Shown here one piece after another: positions 56,719-64,000 of a DNA stretch of 64,000 nt. Source of the DNA: SAR86 cluster bacterium AG-313-N18 (GTDB lineage Bacteria; Pseudomonadota; Gammaproteobacteria; Magnimaribacterales; D2472). Under the pieces are notes generated by a model. That model did no database searches, was not told the origin of the DNA, and worked only from the letters and a program-made list of their open reading frames with translations. A program made the position numbers and the translations under genes. The stretch is taken from the NCBI GenBank assembly GCA_003283765.1, contig QBVY01000003.1, forward strand, positions 12,183 to 76,182, written 5' to 3'. Each line of letters begins with the position of its first letter. Within the stretch, counting starts at the first letter, position 1.

Positions 56719-57424
56719 AGGAGCCTATAAACTCTTTGCGTTTAACAAAATCTACAAATTTTGAGTTCCAAGACCTTAGAGCAGTTCCATTTTCTTTCCA
56801 ATAGAGTATAAACTCCTTCAAGTGTTTTAATGCATCATTTTTTGAAACATTCGCTAATTCTAAAATATCAAAAGCATCAGAAGAGGGTGACCAGCTTTCA
56901 TCTATACAGACAGGCAAACCCTTATTTTCAGAGTTTTCTTTGACCCACTCTCTACGAATAAAATCCACAAATAACACATTCCAGTTATCCCTAACTTGAT
57001 TTTTTTCCAACCAATACATTTTGAATTCATTCACTTTGCTCTCAATAAATTCTTTATTAATCTTGCCCATACTCAAGACTTCAAATGCTTGAATAGAAGG
57101 GGCCCAAGAGTAATCAAGCTTTCTTTTTCCGGCATTGAGATTATTGGAAGGTAGCTTCAAAGAATAAAGGTTTTTTTTTCGAGAATCTTCGTTTTTTTTA
57201 GAGGCTGCTTCTGAAGGGATTAATTTTAGATCAATTAATCTCTTTATATGTTTAAGGATTTCCTCGTTCTCTAAAAAAGGAATTTTCTCTTTCAGGCTTG
57301 TTGCTATTTCGCTTGGCGTAAATATTTTAGTTTTAATTGTTTTAGCGGCAGCTAGAACAACAGCACATTCTATGCCCAATGTTTCTGCTTCTTGAATGGA
57401 GAAAGTAAATAAGTCTTCTTTCAA
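56606..57424 (-). CDS. Protein with two tandem DnaT-like (primosomal protein DnaT C-terminal, ssDNA-binding-type) repeats
   Basis: 272 aa. Repeats at aa ~104-160 and ~175-230 (SWAPSIQAFEVL...FKMYWLEKNQVRDNWNVLFVDFIRREW and SWSPSSDAFDILEL...FILYWKENGTALRSWNSKFVDFVKRKE). They parallel E. coli DnaT DWQPDADFIRLAAL...[25 protein letters not shown]. The start abuts the aroG stop. Confidence 0.55.
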   Translation of the reverse strand: MKEDLFTFSIQEAETLGIECAVVLAAAKTIKTKIFTPSEIATSLKEKIPFLENEEILKHIKRLIDLKLIPSEAASKKNEDSRKKNLYSLKLPSNNLNAGKRKLDYSWAPSIQAFEVLSMGKINKEFIESKVNEFKMYWLEKNQVRDNWNVLFVDFIRREWVKENSENKGLPVCIDESWSPSSDAFDILELANVSKNDALKHLKEFILYWKENGTALRSWNSKFVDFVKRKEFIGSYEEKNDKKNNRHNEPGEFSQKFKDRTKDDSWAENLEF

Positions 57425-58477
57425 TTATCCTCGCCTCTTTTCAACAGCTTCGCTGATTGTGTTAAGGCAGTTAAGAGTGTCATCCCAGTTCATGCATGCA
57501 TCAGTAATGCTTTGACCGTAAGTGAGGCTTTCTGTAATACTTTGATTTCCCTCAACTAAATGACTTTCGAGCATCAGACCTCTTAAACTTTGATTGCCTG
57601 CTGAAATTTGTGTAGCTAGATTATTTACAACATCAATTTGTTTTTTAAATTGTTTTTGACTATTTCCATGGCTCGCATCAACCATAATGGAGTCATTTAC
57701 ATCAGCCTCAACTAATGCTGTTAATGTTTGTTGGATTGCTTCTGAACTAAAATTAGGCTCTTTTCCACCTCTAAGAATAATGTGTGAGTCTGAATTTCCA
57801 GATGTCTTATATATTGAAACTTTCCCATCTTTGGTATTTGAAAAAAATACATGCGGATGATTTGCAGCTTGAATACCATCAATTGCAGGTTTTAACGCAC
57901 CAGTTGTTCCATTCTTTATGCCAATTGGACAAGATAGGCCAGATGCAAGCTCTCTATGCGACTGACTTTCTGCAGTTCTAGCCCCTATGGCTCCCCAAGA
58001 AATAAGATCTGCAACATATTGAGGTGAAATTGGATCTAAAAATTCCGTTCCGACTGGTAGACCCATTGAAGTGATGTCTCTGAGAATTTTTCTTGCTAGC
58101 TTTAAGCCTTTGTTTGCGTCATAGCTTTCATTAATATCTGGATCATTAATTAAACCTTTCCAGCCTACAGTTGTTCTTGGCTTCTCAAAATATACCCTCA
58201 TGATGATAAGCAAATTAGCGTTTAATGATTCTTTGGCTTCTTTTAACAAGTGGGCGTATTCAAGAGCAGATTTTGGATCATGAATTGAGCAAGGACCACA
58301 CACAACAATCACTCTATCGTCTTTCCCATGAAGGATTTGGCTAGCCTCATTCCTTGTTCCATACACTAATTTTGAAATTTCATCAGTAAGTGGATATTCA
58401 GAAATTACGTCATTCGGCGTAATGAGATCGAACTTTTCAACAATTCTTGTATTGTCTGTGTGGTAAATAGATTCCAT
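57425..58477 (-). CDS. aroG: 3-deoxy-7-phosphoheptulonate (DAHP) synthase, class I
   Basis: 350 aa. GPCSIHDP, KPRTTVGWKGLINDP and IGARTAESQSHRELASG motifs present. The isozyme (Phe/Tyr/Trp-sensitive) cannot be told from sequence alone. Confidence 0.9.
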   Translation of the reverse strand: MESIYHTDNTRIVEKFDLITPNDVISEYPLTDEISKLVYGTRNEASQILHGKDDRVIVVCGPCSIHDPKSALEYAHLLKEAKESLNANLLIIMRVYFEKPRTTVGWKGLINDPDINESYDANKGLKLARKILRDITSMGLPVGTEFLDPISPQYVADLISWGAIGARTAESQSHRELASGLSCPIGIKNGTTGALKPAIDGIQAANHPHVFFSNTKDGKVSIYKTSGNSDSHIILRGGKEPNFSSEAIQQTLTALVEADVNDSIMVDASHGNSQKQFKKQIDVVNNLATQISAGNQSLRGLMLESHLVEGNQSITESLTYGQSITDACMNWDDTLNCLNTISEAVEKRRG

Positions 58478-58643
58478 GCATCAAATATTAATGCAATTAA
58501 ATTAAAAAAATAGGTTTTCACTGATCTTATTATTTCTTTTTCAAAGTCAGTAAAAACCCTTTAAATCAACATTTTTATGCAAAATCACAAGATGTTGTGT
58601 TAAAAACAGCTTATAATTACAGCATCTTGTATAAATTGAACTT

Positions 58644-59438
58644 ATGAAGTCTCAAGCACAACTAGAATTTCCACAATTTAAAGGAGAGGCTTTAACGCAA
58701 CTTCCTGACGATTTATTTATTCCACCAGAAGCATTAGAAATTTATTTAGAGGATTTTTCTGGCCCAATGGATGTCTTGCTTTATTTAATTCAGAAGAAAG
58801 ATATTGATATCTTAGATTTAGATATTTCCGAGATTACTGATCAATACATTCAGTATATTGAATTAATGGATGCTCTAAAGATTGAACTTGCCGCTGATTA
58901 TTTGGTGATGGCTGCAACACTTGCTCAAATTAAATCTAGAATGCTTATTCCACAGTCCGAAGAAGAGGAAGAGGAGCAAGATCCACGGTCTGAGCTTATT
59001 AAACGATTACAAGAATATCAAAGGTATAAAAGCGCATCAGAATATATTTCTAATCTGCCCAGACTGGATAGAGATTTCTTTCTTGCAACAACAGGATTGC
59101 CCAAGTTTAAAGAACGAGAAGTATCCATAAATATTTCTCCCAAAGAGCTTGCTGCAATCTTTCAAGAAGCTAGTTCGCGACCTAAATTTTCTGCTCATCA
59201 TGAAATTCATTTTGAAGAATTATCTACGCAAGACAGGATTGCTTTAATCTTATCCATTCTCAATAAAAGAAATGTGATTCAATTCTTTCAAACATATCAA
59301 AAAAAAGAAGGTAAGCAGGGAGTTGTTGTAGCGTTATTGGCTTCTTTAGATTTGGCCAAAGATGGACATGTTGAACTTATTCAAAACAAAGATTCTAATC
59401 AACTTTATCTTAAATCAACCAATCGAGGAGTTCACTAG
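58644..59438 (+). CDS. scpA: Segregation and condensation protein A
   Basis: 264 aa. GPMDVLLYLIQKKDIDILDLDISEITDQY is the ScpA N-terminal signature. Followed by scpB. Confidence 0.85.
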   Translation: MKSQAQLEFPQFKGEALTQLPDDLFIPPEALEIYLEDFSGPMDVLLYLIQKKDIDILDLDISEITDQYIQYIELMDALKIELAADYLVMAATLAQIKSRMLIPQSEEEEEEQDPRSELIKRLQEYQRYKSASEYISNLPRLDRDFFLATTGLPKFKEREVSINISPKELAAIFQEASSRPKFSAHHEIHFEELSTQDRIALILSILNKRNVIQFFQTYQKKEGKQGVVVALLASLDLAKDGHVELIQNKDSNQLYLKSTNRGVH

Positions 59439-60002
59439 ATGACTAATACTGAAAACTTACCAAATCTTGTTGAATCTATTCTTTTCGGTGCAGGGAGACC
59501 GATGCGTTTATCTGAGATTAAAACACTAATGGGATCTCAGAATATAGAGGTAGACTTGCCCAGCATTAAAGTTGCATTAAATATGTTGGAGGAAAGATAC
59601 GCAGAGAGCTCTATTGAAATTAAAGAAGTTGCTTCAGGTTTTAGAATGCAGGTAAGAGAGAGTTATGGTGATTGCCTTTACCCTTTATGGAATGACACAT
59701 CAAGCAGGCTCTCAAAAGCATTGATGGAAACGGTATCCATAATTGCCTACAAACAACCAGTTACCAGAGGTGATATAGAGGATATAAGAGGCGTCACTGT
59801 CAGCACTCAGATAATTAGAGCATTACTTGATAGAGAGTGGATAAAAGTATCTGGCTATCGTGATGTTCCAGGCAGGCCTGCTTTATATGAAACAACCAAA
59901 GCTTTTTTAAATGATTTAAATCTTAAATCAATTAATGATTTACCTCCATTGCCTGAGGCTTTACCTGCGGAAGATGCACTGGATCAGCTAGAAGCTGGTT
60001 AA
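59439..60002 (+). CDS. scpB: Segregation and condensation protein B
   Basis: 187 aa. VESILFGAGRPM... and SIIAYKQPVTRGDIEDIRGV winged-helix motifs present. The ATG directly follows the scpA stop. Confidence 0.85.
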   Translation: MTNTENLPNLVESILFGAGRPMRLSEIKTLMGSQNIEVDLPSIKVALNMLEERYAESSIEIKEVASGFRMQVRESYGDCLYPLWNDTSSRLSKALMETVSIIAYKQPVTRGDIEDIRGVTVSTQIIRALLDREWIKVSGYRDVPGRPALYETTKAFLNDLNLKSINDLPPLPEALPAEDALDQLEAG

Positions 60003-60006
60003 CTCG

Positions 60007-60729
60007 ATGCTGCGTTTGCAGAAATTCTTGGCCCAAGCCGGTTTAGGTTCAAGACGTTCATGCGAACAACTTATTAAAGATAATAAAGTTTTTGTTAATG
60101 GCAAGGTGGCTATCCTGGGAGCCAAAGTCTCTGAAGCTGACGAGGTAACTTTCGAAGGCGAAAGGGTGCTTTTAAAAAAAGCAGACTTAAAAGTAATTAT
60201 GCTAAATAAGCCACGCGGAGTTCTGTCTTCAAAGAAAGATGATAAAAAAATTAAACTTGTGTTTGATTTTCTTCCAAAAGTTCTAAATGAACCTGACTGG
60301 ATTGCAGTAGGAAGATTGGATATTAATACTTCTGGATTAATGTTATTTACCAATGATGGCACCCTTGCACATCAACTCATGCATCCATCATTTGAAATTG
60401 ATAGAGAGTATCTTGTTCGAGCCAGAGGCCATTTTAATGAGCAAAAGAAAAAAAATATGTTGTCTGGAGTTAAAATTGAGAACGAGATTTATCAATTTTC
60501 AGACATTGTTCCAGGAGAAAAGCAAAGTTCAAATCAGTGGTTTTCAGTTTGCATGCTCACTGGAAAAAATCGTGAGGTCAGGAAACTTTTTGAATCTCAG
60601 GAGTTAGAGGTAAGTAGGTTGAAGAGAGTTAGAATTGGACCAATTTTTTTACCTTCAACTCTCAGAGAAGGTTCATGCATAAATTTAACTGAGTCTCAAA
60701 TAAAAGAACTCCAGAATTATGGAAAGTGA
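60007..60729 (+). CDS. rluB: 23S rRNA pseudouridine synthase, RsuA/RluB family
   Basis: 240 aa. S4 domain RLQKFLAQAGLGSRRSCEQLI. Catalytic Asp motif GRLDINTSGLMLFTNDG. Conserved scpAB-rluB order. Confidence 0.85.
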   Translation: MLRLQKFLAQAGLGSRRSCEQLIKDNKVFVNGKVAILGAKVSEADEVTFEGERVLLKKADLKVIMLNKPRGVLSSKKDDKKIKLVFDFLPKVLNEPDWIAVGRLDINTSGLMLFTNDGTLAHQLMHPSFEIDREYLVRARGHFNEQKKKNMLSGVKIENEIYQFSDIVPGEKQSSNQWFSVCMLTGKNREVRKLFESQELEVSRLKRVRIGPIFLPSTLREGSCINLTESQIKELQNYGK

Positions 60730-61303
60730 TAATGCTCACAAAACTTTATTAAGGGTCTCAAAAGAAAAAAAATTTGATTTATTAGAGAAATACCTTCAAG
60801 AGTCTGAACCAGTTCAAATTAATTTATCATCATTGCCCTTGGTTGAATATCTTTCATCAGTTGTTGTGAGTCAGCAAGTTTCTACAAAGGCTGCTAAAAC
60901 TATATGGTCAAGAGTTCATCCAATCATCAAGACCCATACAAATTATCAAAAACTAGAAACCGAATTACATGCAGCAGGACTATCAAAATCAAAAGCAAAT
61001 TATGTAATTGGTATGATCAACAATTTAAATTTATCCTCATTGCAGCGAAGCGATTTAAAGCAATTATCAAGTATTGAATTTGAAAATTTACTTATTGCAA
61101 ACAAAGGAATTGGACCCTGGTCAGTTCAGATGGCTAAAATGTTTTATTTAGGAGATACAGATGTCATGCCTATCAATGACCTTGGAATAAAGCATGCCCA
61201 TGAATATTTTTTTAGTGAGCATGAAATGAGTGAAAAGTTTTATGAGCCCTTTAGGCCTTGGAGAACTTATTTGAGTCTTCTTATGTGGAAGTCACTTTCT
61301 TAG
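60719..61303 (+). CDS. DNA-3-methyladenine glycosylase II-like (HhH-GPD family)
   Basis: 194 aa. HhH GIGPWSVQMAKMF and a downstream Asp (PINDLGI) as in AlkA-type glycosylases. Overlaps rluB by 11 nt. Confidence 0.6.
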   Translation: MESDNAHKTLLRVSKEKKFDLLEKYLQESEPVQINLSSLPLVEYLSSVVVSQQVSTKAAKTIWSRVHPIIKTHTNYQKLETELHAAGLSKSKANYVIGMINNLNLSSLQRSDLKQLSSIEFENLLIANKGIGPWSVQMAKMFYLGDTDVMPINDLGIKHAHEYFFSEHEMSEKFYEPFRPWRTYLSLLMWKSLS

Positions 61304-62027
61304 ACAGATCAGCATATTCATAATACTTTTCAGTTGAATTAGAGCTTTCCTCACTAAAAAACCATAAGTAACAATCTATTAGAGCATGAGGGGTTTTAAT
61401 GGAATTAGGATCTTCAGCAGGTCTAGCAGATGACCTCATTTTTGTTTTAGTTGCCCCAGGATCAAAATTAAATACTTTAATCGAAGAGGTTGTTTCAAGC
61501 TCATTAGCAAAAATTTCTGCCAAGCCTTTTAAGCCAAATTTTGAAACTGAGTAGGCGCCCCAAAAAGCCCTGCCAATATTTGCTACGCCAGAAGAAGTAA
61601 AAATAATTCTAGGTAGTGTTGAGTCTTCAAGGATTGATTTAAGTGTTTTGGTTAATAGAAAAGGAGCTCTTAGATTAATATTCAATACTTCGTCCCATTT
61701 AGATAATTCATAATCCTCCAAAGTAGTCATGGTGCCTAAGATTGCAGCATTATGAATAATGCCATCTAAGCAAGTAAATTCTCCCGTGATTGCTCTTAAA
61801 ATTTCATGAGCTGATTCATTGTTCAATAAATTAAGGTCTGCCTGCAAGATTAAATGTTTTTGAGAGCTAAAAGATTGATCGAGTTGATCATAAACTTTAT
61901 CTAACTTTGCAGGATTTCTTCCTAGAAGGATAATATTAGAACCTAGTTTTGAAAATTCGACTGCTAAAACTTCACCAATTCCATCAGATGCTCCAGTTAT
62001 AAGTATTGTCTTATTCAGAAGATCCAT
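61281..62027 (-). CDS. Short-chain dehydrogenase/reductase, YciK-like
   Basis: 248 aa. ILITGASDGIG and YSVSK motifs present. Its position after ubiG and the HAD phosphatase mirrors Pseudomonas/E. coli order. Confidence 0.7.
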   Translation of the reverse strand: MDLLNKTILITGASDGIGEVLAVEFSKLGSNIILLGRNPAKLDKVYDQLDQSFSSQKHLILQADLNLLNNESAHEILRAITGEFTCLDGIIHNAAILGTMTTLEDYELSKWDEVLNINLRAPFLLTKTLKSILEDSTLPRIIFTSSGVANIGRAFWGAYSVSKFGLKGLAEIFANELETTSSIKVFNFDPGATKTKMRSSARPAEDPNSIKTPHALIDCYLWFFSEESSNSTEKYYEYADLSKKVTST

Positions 62028-62028
62028 T

Positions 62029-62691
62029 TTATAGTCGAGAAATTAGTTCATATAATTCATCTGGATGATGCACTCCGTGAACATGTTCTTTATGATCACT
62101 AGCTTTGAGTGAATACCCAAAATAACAAGCAATAACTTGTGTACCCGCGTTTATACCCGCTTCAAGATCTTTCTTATGATCACCTACATAAATGCATTCA
62201 GCTGGGTGAAAGCCTAAATCTTTACAGCCTCTTAAAATTCCTTCTGGATCTGGTTTGATAGCATCTAAATGATCTGGACATATTAATGTTTTGCAATCTT
62301 TGAATGCAATCTCATTCATTAATATCGGTTTGGCAAAACGTAACGGTTTATTGGTTACAATGCCATAAGGGATATTATCTTTCTCCAAGGAAGCTAGCAC
62401 CTGTTTAATCCCATCAAATGCTCCTCCATATTTCAGAAGATTTGATTCATATTCTTCTAATAATTCATCTCTTAAAACTGCACACTGATCATCAGATATA
62501 TCAATATTAAAACCCAGGCTTGTAAGTTTCCAGCTTCCATCAGATACATGGCTTCTAATTATTTCTGGATCAAGTTTTGGTTTGTTATGTTTTGTCAGAA
62601 GATTGTTTAAGCTAGCAACAAAGTCAGGCGCTGAATCTAAAAGAGTACCATCAAGATCAAATAATACGCCTTTAGGCATTTTTAGATCCAT
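62029..62691 (-). CDS. HAD-IA phosphatase (phosphoglycolate phosphatase / MurNAc-6-P phosphatase-like)
   Basis: 220 aa. DLDGTLLDS, VTNK and GDHKKDLEAG HAD motifs I-IV present. Confidence 0.7.
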   Translation of the reverse strand: MDLKMPKGVLFDLDGTLLDSAPDFVASLNNLLTKHNKPKLDPEIIRSHVSDGSWKLTSLGFNIDISDDQCAVLRDELLEEYESNLLKYGGAFDGIKQVLASLEKDNIPYGIVTNKPLRFAKPILMNEIAFKDCKTLICPDHLDAIKPDPEGILRGCKDLGFHPAECIYVGDHKKDLEAGINAGTQVIACYFGYSLKASDHKEHVHGVHHPDELYELISRL

Positions 62692-63379
62692 GCATCATAT
62701 AATTCACCCCGAGATCATCATTTAAAGTTGCAGTATGGAAAATAGGATTATAAAACATCCCCTTGCTTTCATTTAATTTTATACCTGCATTTCGCATATA
62801 CCTTTCTAATTCTGATGGCTTAATAAATTTATTCCATTCATGAGTTCCTTTTGGTAATACATTAAAAATATATTCTGCACCAACAATTGCCGTAACAAAG
62901 GACCTAGGATTTCTATTTAAAGTAGAAAGAAACATTTGACCATTTGACTTGAGAAGATCAGAACAAGCTTGAATAAGCTGCCCTGGATCTGGCACATGCT
63001 CAATTACTTCCAGGCACGTAACCACATCAAAGGCTTCCTTTTTTTCTGTTGCTAATTCTTCAGCAGTGATTAGTCTGTAATCAATACTTATTTGCATCTT
63101 TTTGGCATGCAACCGAGCAACCCCAATATTAGCTTCAGTTACATCAATGGCAGTTACCTCTGCTCCTTTTGCATTAAGGGCCTCTGCCAAGAGACCTCCA
63201 CCGCACCCAACATCTAATACTTTTAAACCCTCAATAGATGATTTTTGATCAATGTAATTCGCGCGAAGGGGATTGATCACATGCAAGGGTTTAAAATCAC
63301 CGGTTGGATCCCACCAATTCTCAGCTATTTCAGCAAATTTATTTACTTCATTTTGATCAATATTTTGGCTCATAAACAC
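62672..63379 (-). CDS. ubiG: Bifunctional 3-demethylubiquinone-9 3-O-methyltransferase / 2-polyprenyl-6-hydroxyphenol methylase
   Basis: 235 aa. FAEIAENWWDP..., VLDVGCGGGLLAEAL and CLEVIEHVPDP motifs present. Confidence 0.9.
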   Translation of the reverse strand: MFMSQNIDQNEVNKFAEIAENWWDPTGDFKPLHVINPLRANYIDQKSSIEGLKVLDVGCGGGLLAEALNAKGAEVTAIDVTEANIGVARLHAKKMQISIDYRLITAEELATEKKEAFDVVTCLEVIEHVPDPGQLIQACSDLLKSNGQMFLSTLNRNPRSFVTAIVGAEYIFNVLPKGTHEWNKFIKPSELERYMRNAGIKLNESKGMFYNPIFHTATLNDDLGVNYMMHGSKNA

Positions 63380-63460
63380 TACTTCTTTAAGTTGGCAGAT
63401 TACTTTATTGCATGCAAGAATAGGTAAGTTTATTATTTTTTATAAAAGGAAGCTAACACT

Positions 63461-64000
63461 ATGTCAGATAATCCAGTCGCTATTGTTACCGGGGGAAGCC
63501 GAGGGGTAGGTGCTGCAACGGCAAAAATGCTTTCTGAAAATGGTTGGAATGTAATAATTACATGCTCCTCATCTATTGAAGAGGCAGAAAATGTAGCCAG
63601 TTTATGCTCAAATAAAACTGCAGAGGTGATTGCTATTCAAGCTGATGTTTCAGATAACTCAGACTGCATAGCCACCGTTAATAAAGCTATAGAAAAATGG
63701 GAAAGGGTTGATGCTCTTATCAATAATGCTGGAACAACTAAATTTGTTTGGGACCACTCCGATCTGAATGGTCTTGATGCTGCTGACTTTCAATATATTT
63801 ACGGTGTAAATGTTATTGGACCATTCCAGATGGTAAAAGCAGCAAAAGAGAAACTTTTAAAAAGTGAAAATCCTTGTGTTGTGAATGTATCATCAATCGC
63901 AGGTCTTAAGGGCATTGGTAGTTCGCTTGCTTATGCTTCCTCAAAAGGAGCTTTAAACACTATGACTTTATCTATGGCAAGAAATTTAGGACCAATCAGA
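63461..64000 (+). CDS. Short-chain dehydrogenase/reductase (3-oxoacyl-ACP reductase-like), 3' end outside window
   Basis: Not in the supplied ORF track because the frame runs off the window. I translated from the ATG at 63461: MSDNPVAIVTGGSRGVGAA...NNAG...SSIAG...YASSKGAL. SD AAGGAAG lies upstream. Confidence 0.75.
   Translation, partial: MSDNPVAIVTGGSRGVGAATAKMLSENGWNVIITCSSSIEEAENVASLCSNKTAEVIAIQADVSDNSDCIATVNKAIEKWERVDALINNAGTTKFVWDHSDLNGLDAADFQYIYGVNVIGPFQMVKAAKEKLLKSENPCVVNVSSIAGLKGIGSSLAYASSKGALNTMTLSMARNLGPIR

Noticed and set aside
56059-57424. Interpreting the DnaT-like / lambda-P-like pair as a prophage or satellite remnant.
   Set aside because: There is no integrase, repressor, O-type initiator, structural or lysis gene, tRNA or flanking repeat within reach. 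The genes are packed 0 nt from aroG in the same orientation. A very old, fully domesticated remnant cannot be excluded, and that is in fact the hypothesis reported.

Overview
The window is AT-rich (mid-30s %GC by eye, not computed) and extremely gene-dense. I call about 58 CDS. Summing the gaps between my calls gives about 1.5 kb of non-coding sequence (about 2.3%), and many genes overlap or abut by 0-20 nt. It looks like core chromosome of a streamlined marine gammaproteobacterium; a SAR86-like lifestyle is a guess, not a demonstrated assignment. Gene order follows well-known Pseudomonas/E. coli core blocks: mrcA<>aroK-aroB, gltB/gltD-hemE, miaA-hflK-hflC-purA, glyA-nrdR-ribD-ribBA-ribH-nusB, thiL-pgpA-ribA, dxs-ispA-xseB, scpA-scpB-rluB and ubiG-gph-yciK. 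I found no rRNA, tRNA, CRISPR array, transposase or stand-alone integrase gene. Non-housekeeping content: (1) a tight operon of nitronate-monooxygenase-like, carotenoid-cleavage-oxygenase and thiolase genes, flanked by an SCP2-type thiolase, an acyl-CoA ligase and a TonB-dependent receptor. (2) A second lipid-type module with two coupled acyl-CoA dehydrogenases, a 959-aa TonB-dependent receptor, a small membrane ORF and a thiolase. (3) A translationally coupled cassette of GT4 glycosyltransferase, SAM methyltransferase and an alpha/alpha-toroid (prenyltransferase/terpene-cyclase-like) protein, converging on lpxL plus another methyltransferase and lying next to waaA. (4) A membrane-anchored DUF3604-like protein. 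(5) An RND efflux pair. The most unusual items are these. A DnaT-like (tandem-repeat) gene and a phage-lambda-P-like gene are co-transcribed with aroG in a purely core context, with a 113-nt out-of-frame overlap carrying two A_AAA_AAT slippery heptamers. gltB appears inverted in place, leaving gltB and gltD head-to-head 12 bp apart, and gltD carries an in-frame ~100-aa N-terminal extension that resembles an integrase Arm-type DNA-binding domain joined by a Ser/Thr/Pro linker. All family assignments rest on reading motifs in the supplied translations. No database search was run.
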